A stretch of 64,000 nt of DNA from contig JACRGF010000048.1 of assembly GCA_016212395.1 (NCBI GenBank), forward strand, positions 10,759 to 74,758, in the 5' to 3' direction. A program made the position numbers and the translations under genes. Source of the DNA: Candidatus Micrarchaeota archaeon (GTDB lineage Archaea > Micrarchaeota > Micrarchaeia > Burarchaeales > JACRGF01). Under the pieces are notes generated by a model, which worked only from the letters and a program-made list of their open reading frames with translations, was not told where the DNA came from and did no database searches. Numbering within the stretch: the first letter of the stretch is position 1; each line of letters opens with the position of its first letter. This document shows, piece by piece, positions 35,498-45,039 of this stretch.

Positions 35498-35505
35498 TAT
35501 TTAAA
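35498..35505 (-). promoter_or_regulatory. TTTAAATA TATA box, leaderless geometry
   Basis: Box ends 23 nt before ATG 35475. Confidence 0.55.
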
Positions 35506-35611
35506 CAGCACTGGAGAGAAAAGGCGGAAAAATAAGGAAAAGAAAACTGTAACCCTTTTAAACCCTTTCGTGCATAAAAATTGTTTGCTTTTGTTCGTAT
35601 GCACAAATCAG

Positions 35612-35671
35612 ATTCGTTCGAAGAGCGCGGTCTCATTCGAACGAATACTCGACAAGCCTGCGGGCTTGTCG
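35612..35671 (+). repeat. two hairpins in the L3-operon upstream spacer
   Basis: ATTCGTTCGAA...TTCGAACGAAT and CGACAAGCC-TGCG-GGCTTGTCG. Confidence 0.6.
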
Positions 35672-35932
35672 ATGCACCAATTTTTCTGAATGAAAAATGG
35701 TTTCGCACGCCATAAAGGTGGTGCGGCCGGTTGTGCACACACGAGCAAGCAATACAAGGTATTGCGAGCGAAGTCGACGCGAGTCGACTACGAGCGAGAG
35801 ACGAGAATGAAAAGCAATTTGCTTTCTAGAGCGCGAGATTTTTTTTCGTGTTTTGTTAGGATAGCTTATTTCATTTCAGTTGCGTTCGTCTTCAAGACAC
35901 AGGACTCAAGACAGTAGACGATTGGTGTTTGA

Positions 35933-36901
35933 ATGGGCAAGATTAACAAGCCAAGGCATGGTTCAATGGCGTTCTGGCCTAGAAAGCGGGCTGGAAAGCA
36001 GACGCCGAGAATAAAGTTCTGGCCGAAAGTGAAGGAAGTGACGCCTTTGAGCATTGCGGGCTACAAGGCTGGAATGACGCACATTTTAATGGTTGACGAT
36101 TCTGATTCTCCGACGAAGAATTTAGAGGTTGCTGTTCCTGTTACTGTTTTGGAAGTTCCTCCAGTGACTGTCTACGGAGTGCGCGCGTATAGGAAAGCGT
36201 ACGGCGGAAGGCAAGTGAGTGTAGACGCTTACGACGGGGATGAGAAACTTTTGAAAAAACTCGGCGTGAAGAAGAATGGCGGGATTGAAAAAATAAAGGC
36301 GAGTGCGGATGTTGTTGATGTTTGCTTGCTCGTCGCAGCGAACGCTGGAAAAACTGGTTTTGGGAAAAAGAGCGAAGACAAAATGGAAGTCGGAGTTGGC
36401 GGGAGCGACGTGAAGGCAAAGTTGGATTACTGTGCTGGAGTGCTTGGGAAAGAGTTGAAGGCTGGAGATGTTTTCAAGGAAGGCGAGTTTGTTGACGCTT
36501 GTTCTGTAACGCGAGGGAAAGGCTGGCAGGGTGCCGTGAAACGCTTTGGAGTGAACATGCAGAGGAGGAAAGCAAGCGGGAAGAGAAGGCACGTTGGAAC
36601 GCTCGGGCCGTGGCACCCGGCGAAAGTAATGTACACCGTGCCAATGGCTGGGCAAATGGGTTATCACGTTCGAACTGAAATCAACAAGAGAGTGATGAAA
36701 ATTGGCGAAAACCCGGCTGAAATAAACGCGAAAGGCGGTTTCCCGGGCTACGGGCTGGTGAAAAACCCCTATATTATAGTAAAAGGGTCAGTGGGCGGGC
36801 CTGTGAAGAGGATTGTGAGATTGAGGAAAGCTGCGAGGAGAACGAATGAAGGGAAAAAGCCGCAGATAAACTATGTTTCTTTGGAAAGCAAGCAGGGGTA
36901 A
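35933..36901 (+). CDS. rpl3: ribosomal protein uL3
   Basis: Sequence (PRHGSMAFWPRKRA) and operon position. Confidence 0.95.
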   Translation: MGKINKPRHGSMAFWPRKRAGKQTPRIKFWPKVKEVTPLSIAGYKAGMTHILMVDDSDSPTKNLEVAVPVTVLEVPPVTVYGVRAYRKAYGGRQVSVDAYDGDEKLLKKLGVKKNGGIEKIKASADVVDVCLLVAANAGKTGFGKKSEDKMEVGVGGSDVKAKLDYCAGVLGKELKAGDVFKEGEFVDACSVTRGKGWQGAVKRFGVNMQRRKASGKRRHVGTLGPWHPAKVMYTVPMAGQMGYHVRTEINKRVMKIGENPAEINAKGGFPGYGLVKNPYIIVKGSVGGPVKRIVRLRKAARRTNEGKKPQINYVSLESKQG

Positions 36902-36914
36902 CGGGTGTAGATAA

Positions 36915-37703
36915 ATGAATGCTATTGTTTTTGATTTGAACGGCGGAGTCGTTGGTTCTGTTGAATTGCCTAAGCAGTTTGATGAGGAGTACAGGAAGGA
37001 CTTGATTCGAAGGGCAGTAGTGGCAGAGCAGACGAGGACGAAACAGCCGAAGAGTTGCTACAGGTGGGCTGGATTGCAGACGAGCGCACGTTACAGGGGA
37101 AGAAAAGAGGATTACGGTTCAATAAAAAACCATGGTATTTCGCGTTTGCCGAGGACAGTGTTGCCGAAGGGAGGGTTCGGGAAAGTGAGGAGAATCCCGT
37201 TCGCAGTAGGGGGAAGGAGGACGCACCCTCCGAAAGTTGACAAGGTGCTTATAGAGAAAATTAATGCGAAAGAGTGGGCGAAGGCAGTGAGAAGCGCTAT
37301 CTCGGCGACAGTAAGGCTGGACTTGGTGAAAGCGCGGGGCCACGAGATAGACGAGACGAAACAGTTTCCGTTGATAGTTGAAAATTCTTTGGAAGGATTG
37401 AAGAAGACTGAAGAAGTTTTGAAAGCGTTGAACGCGCTCGGGCTCGGAGCTGACTTGAAAAAATCTGAAGCAAGAAGGCACGCGAGCGGAGTTGCAGCGA
37501 ACAGGAGAGGAGGAAGCAGGCAGAGGAAAAGCGTGCTCATAATCGTTGGTGAAGACAACGGGATTTTGAAGAGCGCGAAAAACATTTGCGGAGTGGACGT
37601 TGCACTCGCAGAAAAAATAACTGCTGAACTGCTCGCGCCTGGAACGCACGCTGGAAGATTAACAGTATGGAGCAAGAATGCGTTGGGAAAATTGAAAGTG
37701 TAA
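36915..37703 (+). CDS. rpl4: ribosomal protein uL4
   Basis: Sequence and position. Confidence 0.95.
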   Translation: MNAIVFDLNGGVVGSVELPKQFDEEYRKDLIRRAVVAEQTRTKQPKSCYRWAGLQTSARYRGRKEDYGSIKNHGISRLPRTVLPKGGFGKVRRIPFAVGGRRTHPPKVDKVLIEKINAKEWAKAVRSAISATVRLDLVKARGHEIDETKQFPLIVENSLEGLKKTEEVLKALNALGLGADLKKSEARRHASGVAANRRGGSRQRKSVLIIVGEDNGILKSAKNICGVDVALAEKITAELLAPGTHAGRLTVWSKNALGKLKV

Positions 37704-37716
37704 AAGGTGTAAACGA

Positions 37717-37965
37717 ATGGTGTTGTTGTATCCGATCACGACTGAAAAAGCAATTGGCTTGATAGAGTTGCAGAACAAGATTATTTTCATAGTGGAAGCG
37801 AACGCGACGAAGAAGGACGTGAAGGATGAAGTGGAGCAGAGGTTCGGAGTGAAAGTCGCGAAAGTTACTGTGCTTAACACTACGACGAACAAGAAAAAGG
37901 CGTTCGTGAAATTAAAGCCTCCGTTCAAAGCAGATGATATTGCAGCAAAGTTGAAAATAGCGTAA
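37717..37965 (+). CDS. rpl23: ribosomal protein uL23
   Basis: Sequence and position. Confidence 0.95.
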   Translation: MVLLYPITTEKAIGLIELQNKIIFIVEANATKKDVKDEVEQRFGVKVAKVTVLNTTTNKKKAFVKLKPPFKADDIAAKLKIA

Positions 37966-38065
37966 ATGAAGTGAGAAAACAAACAGTCAAAACAACTGCA
38001 GAACCACAGAGTCGAAACGTTTTATGTTTTTGTTTGAAATCGAATGGGTTAAGTTGGTGTGAATT

Positions 38066-38830
38066 ATGGGAAAGCCGTTGATTCAGCAGAGGTCTGGAAA
38101 GGGTTCGCCTGCTTACGCGAGGCCCTCTCACAGGTTCAAGGTTGAACTTGAGTACCGCGAGTACGACGAGATTGAAAAGAACAGCAAGCTGCGGGGGGAA
38201 GTCGTTGGTTTTGTTGACGACCCGGCGCGCAGTGGGTTGCTCATGGACGTTCGTTTTGAGAATAATGAGAAGAGATTGCTTCTCGCTCCCGAGGGAATGA
38301 AAGTTGGTGATGTTATTGAAGTCGGCGCTGCTGCTGATTTGGGCAAAGGGAACGTGTTGCCTTTGTCCGCTATTCCAGACGGCGCGCCAATTTATGGTTT
38401 GGAGTGCACTCCTGGCGACGGCGGGAAATTAGTCAGGGCGTCTGGCTCGTGCGCATTTGTTGTTGGAAGGGAAGGGGACATGGTGAGGGTAAAGCTTCCT
38501 TCTCGCAGTGTTAAAGAATTGGATTCGCGTTGCAGGGCTCAAATCGGCGTTGTAAGCGGCGGCGGGAGAGGCGAACTGCCTTTTGCCACTGCTGGGAAAA
38601 AGCATTACGCGATGAGAGCGCGCAACTTGAACTGGCCGGACGTGAGGGGAGTTGCAATGAATGCAGTGTCCCACCCGTTCGGAGGAAAGGAACACCACAG
38701 GGGAAGATCGTCATGCGTTGCGCGTGGGACTCCGCCTGGAAGGAAAGTTGGCCACTTGGCTGCAAGGTCTACGGGAAGGTCGTCTGCAGCTAAAGACTTG
38801 CTGAAGAAAGAGCAGGGAACGAGTTTGTAA
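38066..38830 (+). CDS. rpl2: ribosomal protein uL2
   Basis: GVAMNAVSHPFGG motif. Confidence 0.95.
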   Translation: MGKPLIQQRSGKGSPAYARPSHRFKVELEYREYDEIEKNSKLRGEVVGFVDDPARSGLLMDVRFENNEKRLLLAPEGMKVGDVIEVGAAADLGKGNVLPLSAIPDGAPIYGLECTPGDGGKLVRASGSCAFVVGREGDMVRVKLPSRSVKELDSRCRAQIGVVSGGGRGELPFATAGKKHYAMRARNLNWPDVRGVAMNAVSHPFGGKEHHRGRSSCVARGTPPGRKVGHLAARSTGRSSAAKDLLKKEQGTSL

Positions 38831-38842
38831 AGAGGTTGTTGA

Positions 38843-39244
38843 ATGGCAAGAAAGTTTACGTTCAGGGGAAAAACGATTGAAGAGTTGAAGACGCTGACTC
38901 TCGACGAGTTCGCAAGCTTGCTGAAGTCAAGGGCGAGGAGGGCGTTGAAGAGAGCGAACCCGAACTACAAGAAGTTGTTGAGGATAGTCAAGAAAGTTAA
39001 GGACGCTGCGGCAGCGAAGAAAGACAAAGTGATCAAGACGCATTACCGCAATGCAGTCATTTTGCCTGACTGGGTGGGGTTAAAGTTTGGCATTCACAAC
39101 GGGAAAGAGTTCAAGGTAGTGCAGTTGAAGGAAGAAATGGTTGGAAAGAGGCTCGGGGAATTTTCCCACACGACGGGAAGAGTAGCGCACTCTGGCCCTG
39201 GAGTTGGAGCAACGAGAGGCTCGAAATTCATTCCGTTAAAGTAA
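38843..39244 (+). CDS. rps19: ribosomal protein uS19
   Basis: Sequence and position. Confidence 0.95.
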   Translation: MARKFTFRGKTIEELKTLTLDEFASLLKSRARRALKRANPNYKKLLRIVKKVKDAAAAKKDKVIKTHYRNAVILPDWVGLKFGIHNGKEFKVVQLKEEMVGKRLGEFSHTTGRVAHSGPGVGATRGSKFIPLK

Positions 39245-39253
39245 GGTGTAACA

Positions 39254-39877
39254 ATGCCGGAATACGATTATTCATACGCACAGGAAAACAAGCAGTTGAA
39301 AACTGCGCGCGCGCAAGCATACAATTTGGACGCGTCCTACAAGGACTTGTCGCAAGTGTGCGCTAACATCAAGGGAAAAATGATTGACGACGCGCTCGAA
39401 CTGCTTGAAAGCGCGAGCGAAGGAAAACGCGCTATCAAATACAAAAAGTTTAACAAGAAGCTCGGCCACCGCAGGGAACTCGGCGGAAAAAAAGGAAGGT
39501 ACCCGTGGAAGGCTGCGAAGATGGTGTTGAAAGTCGTCCAGAATGCGCAGGCGAACGCTTCGTTCAAAGGATTGTATGAAGCGCTGAAAATAGTGCACGC
39601 GTCTGCAAACAAGCAGGCAACGTACCCGCGCATGCAATCGAAGGGAAGGCAGTCGCGCGCGTACTACGAGACTGCGAGAGTTGAAGTTGTTGTGCGCGAA
39701 ATGCTTGGCGCGAAAATCAAGAAGAAGGAATTGAGCGCTGACGAGAAGAAAAATCTTGAAGAAAAAAAAGAAGCGAAAAAGAGGAAGAAGGAAGAGAAGA
39801 AAAAGGAAGCAGAGGAAGTGAAGAAGGAAGAAAACAAGCAAACTGTTGATCCGAAGAAAATTCCGATACCCGCGTAA
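39254..39877 (+). CDS. rpl22: ribosomal protein uL22 with K/E-rich C-terminal tail
   Basis: Sequence and position. Confidence 0.9.
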   Translation: MPEYDYSYAQENKQLKTARAQAYNLDASYKDLSQVCANIKGKMIDDALELLESASEGKRAIKYKKFNKKLGHRRELGGKKGRYPWKAAKMVLKVVQNAQANASFKGLYEALKIVHASANKQATYPRMQSKGRQSRAYYETARVEVVVREMLGAKIKKKELSADEKKNLEEKKEAKKRKKEEKKKEAEEVKKEENKQTVDPKKIPIPA

Positions 39878-39887
39878 TGGATGGGTT

Positions 39888-39965
39888 GTGAAGTTTAGAA
39901 GTTTTGGAGTTTAGGATTTTTGTGGTTTTGTTTGAAGTGGTTTTGAATTGTTTTGGTGGTTTTGA
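39888..39965 (+). repeat. tandem 8-nt GTTTTGRA-type array upstream of uS3
   Basis: GTGAAGTTTAGAAGTTTTGGAGTTTAGGATTTTTGTGGTTTTG... Confidence 0.7.
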
Positions 39966-40613
39966 ATGGCTGTAGAGAAAAAGTTTATCGAGGACGCGAT
40001 TGCAAGGTACAGAGTTGCAACTTTTTTGGAGCACGAGTTGGACAGGGCTGGGTTTTCGAAAGTTGACATTCAGAGAACGCCCATGGTTACGAGAATTGCA
40101 GTCGAGGTTACAACGCCTGGAAAAGTTATTGGAAGAAAAGGGAAAACAATCAGGGACTTGACTGACGCAGTGCAAAAAGAATTCGGGATAGACAACCCGC
40201 AGATTAGCGTCGTGGACGTTAGGAACGCGGACTTGGAGCCAAGGCTTGTTGCAAAAAAAGTAGTGAAGCTCATTGAAATGGGAAAAAACGTTAGGCGAAT
40301 GCTTCACGCGTCGCTCAAGACAGTGATGGATGCCGGCGCGATGGGCGCGGAGATAGTGGCGAGCGGAAAAATCGCTGCGAAAGGAGGCAGGAGCAAAAGC
40401 CTGCGCGTAGTTGCAGGGTACATTCCTAAAGCAGGAGAGCCTGCAAGATTAGTGAGGCGGTCGCACGTGACAGCGTACCCGAAAAGCGGTGCGATAGGAG
40501 TGCTCGTGCGCATAGTGCCTCCGGGAACAATTTTCCCAGACAAGGGGGAAATAAAGAAAATAGAGTTGCCGAAAGTCATTTCAGCAGCTGAAGTTGACGA
40601 AGTGAAATTGTAG
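39966..40613 (+). CDS. rps3: ribosomal protein uS3
   Basis: KH domain GRKGKTIRDL. Confidence 0.95.
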   Translation: MAVEKKFIEDAIARYRVATFLEHELDRAGFSKVDIQRTPMVTRIAVEVTTPGKVIGRKGKTIRDLTDAVQKEFGIDNPQISVVDVRNADLEPRLVAKKVVKLIEMGKNVRRMLHASLKTVMDAGAMGAEIVASGKIAAKGGRSKSLRVVAGYIPKAGEPARLVRRSHVTAYPKSGAIGVLVRIVPPGTIFPDKGEIKKIELPKVISAAEVDEVKL

Positions 40614-40632
40614 AAAACAAGAGTTGAATAGA

Positions 40633-41061
40633 ATGGCAGTATTGAGAATGAAAGACATTAATGAAATGGATGCGCCGACGCTCAAGGCAAGGCTCGTCGA
40701 ATTGTCGAACGAGTTGAACGCCGAGAAGGGAATAGTTGCAGCTGGAGGAAAAGCAACGAACCCGGGCAGGATAAAAGAATTGCGCAGGACGATTGCAAGA
40801 ATACACACTGTCGCGCAAATGCGCGAAGTGGATTTGAAGAAAATAGAAACTGGAAAAGCAAAGGAAAAAACCGTTGAAGAAAAACCTGAAAAGAAAAAGG
40901 AACCGGCTGCAGAAAAAAAAGTCGGGGAAAAAAAGCAGGCTGAAGGGAAAACTATTGTTGAGGAAAAAAAGCCCGCAGCAGCAGTTGAGAAAACCGTAGC
41001 GCTTGAAAAAAAGCCTGAAGCTAAAGTAAGCAAGGGAATCGCCGAGATAGGCGAAGTTTAA
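40633..41061 (+). CDS. rpl29: ribosomal protein uL29 with about 75-aa K/E-rich tail
   Basis: MAVLRMKDINEMDAPTLKARLVEL. Confidence 0.9.
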   Translation: MAVLRMKDINEMDAPTLKARLVELSNELNAEKGIVAAGGKATNPGRIKELRRTIARIHTVAQMREVDLKKIETGKAKEKTVEEKPEKKKEPAAEKKVGEKKQAEGKTIVEEKKPAAAVEKTVALEKKPEAKVSKGIAEIGEV

Positions 41062-41092
41062 CGTTCGCAAAATTTGGAGGTGCGTGAAAAAA

Positions 41093-41398
41093 ATGGAAGC
41101 GATTTGTTCGAAGTGCGGGTTGCTGAAGGAACTCTGCGCCTGCGAGGCGCTCGAGAAGGAAGGAGTGCAGCAAATCAAAGTGTACTCGACGAAGAAAAGG
41201 TTCGGGAAGCTGGTTACCATCGTTGAAGGCGTGGACGAGCCGAAGCTTGAAAAGCTCGCGAAAGAACTCAAGCACAGGCTCGCTTGCGGCGGGACCGCGA
41301 AGGAAGGGGTAATCATTCTCCAAGGAGAACAGCGCAACAAAGTCAAGAAAGCTTTGGTTGCACTCGGGTACGACGAAAAGATCATTGCAGTCCGTTGA
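41093..41398 (+). CDS. sui1: translation initiation factor SUI1 (aIF1)
   Basis: KKRFGKLVTIVEGVD...LACGGTAKEG. Confidence 0.9.
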   Translation: MEAICSKCGLLKELCACEALEKEGVQQIKVYSTKKRFGKLVTIVEGVDEPKLEKLAKELKHRLACGGTAKEGVIILQGEQRNKVKKALVALGYDEKIIAVR

Positions 41399-41449
41399 GA
41401 AAAAAAAAGCGTCGTAGGAAGGGGGGATGAACCCAGGGGTTTCGGCGGA

Positions 41450-41501
41450 CCGGGAAATCGGCGAACCGATTTCCGGCCCATATTTCGGATCGCCGAAATA
41501 T
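41450..41501 (+). repeat. two tandem hairpins between sui1 and rnp1
   Basis: CCGGGAAATCGG-CGAA-CCGATTTCCGG and ATATTTCGG-ATCG-CCGAAATAT. Confidence 0.65.
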
Positions 41502-41532
41502 AGGGAACCGTTGGTTTCACCCAAGACGCCTT

Positions 41533-41835
41533 GTGGTGATTGATTTGTTGGACGAGCAGAGTTTGCTTATGCACGAGCTTATCGGATTGCACGCGCGCGT
41601 TGTTGAAAGCAACGTGAAGCAATTCGTTGGAATCAAGGGAATGATTGTTGACGAGACGAAAAATATGCTCGTGTTTGAAGCTGGAGACAAGGAAAAACGC
41701 GTTCCGAAAAAAGCGTGCGTGTTTGAATTTGTTTTGCCGGACGGAAAAAAAGCAGTCGTGAACGGAGAAAAAATCGCTTTCGCGCCCGAAGAACGGCCGA
41801 AGAAACTGTGGAGAAGCATTGGAAAAGAAAAATGA
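41533..41835 (+). CDS. rnp1: RNase P protein component 1 (Rpp29/Pop4)
   Basis: LIGLHARVVESNVKQFVGIKGMIVDETKNMLVF; GTG start uncertain. Confidence 0.85.
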   Translation: MVIDLLDEQSLLMHELIGLHARVVESNVKQFVGIKGMIVDETKNMLVFEAGDKEKRVPKKACVFEFVLPDGKKAVVNGEKIAFAPEERPKKLWRSIGKEK

Positions 41836-41903
41836 ATTGTAGAGTGAGGTTGGAAGACAATACTGAAAATCCGAAACTCAAAACTTCTAAACTCGAAACG
41901 TTT

Positions 41904-42215
41904 ATGGTGATGATTATGGTTGATTGTGTTGACGAGCATTGTTTTATTCACGGGCGTTTGCCCACGCGCGGCGCGGTTATTGAAGGGAAGGTAGTAAGCG
42001 ACAAGGGAAAGCGCACAGTGGTTATTGAAAGGCAGCTCGTGAGGAAAGTTCCGAAGTACGAAAGGTATTCGAGGACGACTTCGCGCATTTCAGCGCACAA
42101 CCCGGACTGTGTTCACGCGCAGACTGGGGATGAAGTTCAAATCGCAGAATGCAGGAAGATAAGCAAGACGAAAGCGTGGACGGTAGTGAAAATATTGGCG
42201 AAGAAGAAAGAGTAG
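41904..42215 (+). CDS. rps17: ribosomal protein uS17
   Basis: Sequence and position; ATG 41904. Confidence 0.9.
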   Translation: MVMIMVDCVDEHCFIHGRLPTRGAVIEGKVVSDKGKRTVVIERQLVRKVPKYERYSRTTSRISAHNPDCVHAQTGDEVQIAECRKISKTKAWTVVKILAKKKE

Positions 42216-42225
42216 AAAAAAACGG

Positions 42226-42636
42226 ATGTTGGTTTGCATGAAGGGTTTGGGAACGCATATTACGAGGGGCTTGCAGGTCGGGTCGCGCATGCTTTGCGAC
42301 GACAACAGCGGCGCGAAGATAGTCCAGATTATTGGCTTGATCAGGGCGAAAGCGCGCAGGAAGAGAGTTCCGAGCGCTGGAATAGGCAGCATCATTATAG
42401 TTGCGGTAAAGAAGGGGACTCCACAGATGGTGAAGAAAGTAGAACGCGCAGTCATAGTGAGGCAGAGGAAAGAATTCATGAGGCCGAACGGGTTGCGCGT
42501 CCAGTTCGAGGACAACGCAGTTATATTGATAGATGAAGACGGGTTGCCGAAGGGAACTGAAATCAAAGGGGCGATAGCAAGGGAAGTTGCTGAAAGGTTT
42601 CCGAAAGTAGCTGCAATCGCCGCGGCAGTAGTATAA
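42226..42636 (+). CDS. rpl14: ribosomal protein uL14
   Basis: Alternative start ATG 42238 (MKGLGTHITRGLQVGS). Confidence 0.95.
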   Translation: MLVCMKGLGTHITRGLQVGSRMLCDDNSGAKIVQIIGLIRAKARRKRVPSAGIGSIIIVAVKKGTPQMVKKVERAVIVRQRKEFMRPNGLRVQFEDNAVILIDEDGLPKGTEIKGAIAREVAERFPKVAAIAAAVV

Positions 42637-42646
42637 GTTGGAGTTG

Positions 42647-43024
42647 ATGATGGTGAGTTCACAGCCGAGAAAACAAAGGAAAGCGGTCTACGACGCGCCG
42701 CTGCACGAGAGGCAGGGAATGGTTTGCGTTCACGTGAGCAAGGAACTGCGCGCGAAGCTAAACACGAAAAAGAGGAGCTTGGCAGTGCGCAAGGGCGACA
42801 CTGTGAAAGTAATGCGCGGAAAAAACAAGGGCAAGAACGGGAAAGTGTCGCGCGTGAGCTTGAACGACTTGAAAGTGTTCATTGAAGGAATCGTCGTGAA
42901 AAAAGCAAAGGGAGAAGAACAGTTGATTCCGGTAGACGCTTCAAACCTGCTGCTCGTTGAAGCGGATATGAACGACAAGGAAAGAAAACAAGTGCTCGAG
43001 CGAGCAGCGAAAAGCAAGCAATAA
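42647..43024 (+). CDS. rpl24: ribosomal protein uL24
   Basis: KOW motif KGDTVKVMRGKNKGKNGKV. Confidence 0.9.
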   Translation: MMVSSQPRKQRKAVYDAPLHERQGMVCVHVSKELRAKLNTKKRSLAVRKGDTVKVMRGKNKGKNGKVSRVSLNDLKVFIEGIVVKKAKGEEQLIPVDASNLLLVEADMNDKERKQVLERAAKSKQ

Positions 43025-43099
43025 TGCAAAACTGAAGACTTCAAAACAAGTCAATGCAAGTCGGAACAAGTCAAAACTGGAAGAGTATTGGTGGTGTTC

Positions 43100-43801
43100 A
43101 TGGGAAGAAAAAGTGGAAGCACGCGTTTGAAGAGGCTTGCAGCGCCGAGGGCGATGCCGGTCAAGAGGAAAACTTCAAAGTGGGTTTCGAAGCCAAAGCC
43201 TGGCCCGCATGCGGGAAATGAAAGCGTTTCGCTCGTAAGCATTTTGAGGGACGTGCTCAAGCTGACGGGGACGTCGAGGGAAGCTGAAAAAATAGTCGCG
43301 CGCGGTGACGTGATTGTAGACGGGAGAGTTGTGAAAGAACCGCGTTTTCCAATAGGATTGATGGACGTCGTGAGCATTCCAAAAGCGGGAAAGAGTTACC
43401 GCGTGCTTGTGGATTCGAAGTCGAGAATTTTGCTTAATGAAGTTGGAAAAGAGCAGACGAAGTACAAGTTGTGCAAGCTGCTTGGAAAGCAGACAGTGAA
43501 AAAAGGAAAAACGCAGTTGGCGCTTCACGACGGCAGGACGCTGTTGAGCAACGAACAGCACGCGACTGGGACGACGCTGAAAATTTCTGTTCCGGAAGGA
43601 AAAGTGCTTGAAGCCTTGAAGATAGAAAAAGGCGCGAAGTGCTTTGTCACGAAAGGAACGCACGCTGGAGTCGTCGCAGAGCTTGTTGAAGTAACTCCGG
43701 GAACTGCAACGAGGGACGCTGAAGCGAAAATGAAATCCGAGAATGGAGAGTTCATGACGGTATTGAAGTACTTGTTCGTGGTTGGAAACGAACTGCAGTA
43801 A
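43100..43801 (+). CDS. rps4e: ribosomal protein eS4
   Basis: MGRKSGSTRLKRLAAP. Confidence 0.95.
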   Translation: MGRKSGSTRLKRLAAPRAMPVKRKTSKWVSKPKPGPHAGNESVSLVSILRDVLKLTGTSREAEKIVARGDVIVDGRVVKEPRFPIGLMDVVSIPKAGKSYRVLVDSKSRILLNEVGKEQTKYKLCKLLGKQTVKKGKTQLALHDGRTLLSNEQHATGTTLKISVPEGKVLEALKIEKGAKCFVTKGTHAGVVAELVEVTPGTATRDAEAKMKSENGEFMTVLKYLFVVGNELQ

Positions 43802-43893
43802 AAAAGTTGAAAGAAAAAATAGTTGTTTGAAGTTGTGAAAGTTCGCAGTGGAAAGCGAAACTGGGAAAAAAGTTGTTTTAAAAGTTGGTTGAA

Positions 43894-44412
43894 ATGAGCG
43901 AAAACGGAAACAAAATGCGTGAAATAAGAGTCGAAAAGGTTACGGTTAACCTTGGGGTTGGACAGTCCGGCCAGCCTCTTGAAAACGCGAGGGAACTCCT
44001 TAAAGTGCTTACTGGCAGAAAGCCGGTGACGACTTTTTCGAGGATGCGAAACCCTGTGTTCAGGATAAAGAAAGGGGACCCGATTGGAGTCAAGGTGACT
44101 ATGCGGGGGAAATTGGCTGAAGAGTTTTTGAGGAAAGCGCTTGAAGCTGCGGACAACAAGGTTTCAAGAAGGTCTTTCGATGAGAGAGGAAATTTTTCGT
44201 TCGGAGTGAAGGAGTACATTGACTTTCCTGGCGCGAAGTACAACCCGAAAATTGGAGTGCTTGGGTTTGACGTTTGCGTAACGCTTTCAAGGAGAGGCGC
44301 GAGAGTGCGGGACAGGCGCAGGATGACGTCGCGCATTGGGAAAGCGCACCGCGTGGCGCGCGAGGAAGGAATTGCGTTGGCAGAGCAGGCTTTCAAGGTT
44401 GTTAGCGAGTGA
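43894..44412 (+). CDS. rpl5: ribosomal protein uL5
   Basis: Sequence and position. Confidence 0.95.
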   Translation: MSENGNKMREIRVEKVTVNLGVGQSGQPLENARELLKVLTGRKPVTTFSRMRNPVFRIKKGDPIGVKVTMRGKLAEEFLRKALEAADNKVSRRSFDERGNFSFGVKEYIDFPGAKYNPKIGVLGFDVCVTLSRRGARVRDRRRMTSRIGKAHRVAREEGIALAEQAFKVVSE

Positions 44413-44432
44413 AGTTTTGAGAGTTGATTTTG

Positions 44433-44621
44433 ATGGCTGGTGGAGAGAAGAGGAAAAAACCGAGCGCGATGAAAAAACTGTGGACGCGCTATAAGGGCAA
44501 AGGCGGGAGAAAATGCCGTTTCTGCGGGAACGCGAGAGGTCTTGTAAGGTCGTACAACTTGAGAATTTGCAGGCGTTGCTTCAGGGAAGTCGGGGAACAG
44601 ATTGGTTTCAGGAAGTATTGA
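44433..44621 (+). CDS. rps14: ribosomal protein uS14 (zinc type)
   Basis: [22 protein letters not shown]. Confidence 0.9.
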   Translation: MAGGEKRKKPSAMKKLWTRYKGKGGRKCRFCGNARGLVRSYNLRICRRCFREVGEQIGFRKY

Positions 44622-44635
44622 TTAAGGTGGTTTGA

Positions 44636-45025
44636 ATGGCTAACGATCCATTGTCAGATGCATTGAACACGATTAAGACGCACAAACTGGTTGGGCAGAA
44701 CAAGTGCACTGTAAAGCCTGCTTCGAAACTCATTCGCGAAGTGTTGAACTTGTTCCAGGCGAACAGCTACATTGGGGAATTCGAGTACGTTGACGACGGA
44801 AAAAGCGGGTTTTTCTTGTTGAAGGAACTCGGCGCGATAAACAGCTGTGGAGTAGTGAAGCCCAGGTTCAACGTGAAGGCAAGCGAGTGGGCAAAGTGGG
44901 AGCAGAGGTTTATTCCCAGCAGGGGTTACGGAATGCTCGTAGTTTCAACGTCGCAAGGAGTAATGACGAACTCTGAAGCGAAAAAGAGGAAGATTGGAGG
45001 AAGGCTGCTCGCGTTTATTTATTGA
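44636..45025 (+). CDS. rps8: ribosomal protein uS8
   Basis: Sequence and position. Confidence 0.95.
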   Translation: MANDPLSDALNTIKTHKLVGQNKCTVKPASKLIREVLNLFQANSYIGEFEYVDDGKSGFFLLKELGAINSCGVVKPRFNVKASEWAKWEQRFIPSRGYGMLVVSTSQGVMTNSEAKKRKIGGRLLAFIY

Positions 45026-45039
45026 GAGAGTTGAGTGAA

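Noticed and set aside
40576-41622. Long antisense ORFs across the ribosomal operon: 40576..41622 (348 aa), 46630..47418, 51650..52360, 55292..55960, 57115..58071 (318 aa)
   Set aside because: They lie opposite clearly identified ribosomal and kinase genes. They have low-complexity F/S/L-rich translations and are typical shadow ORFs of purine-rich coding strands.
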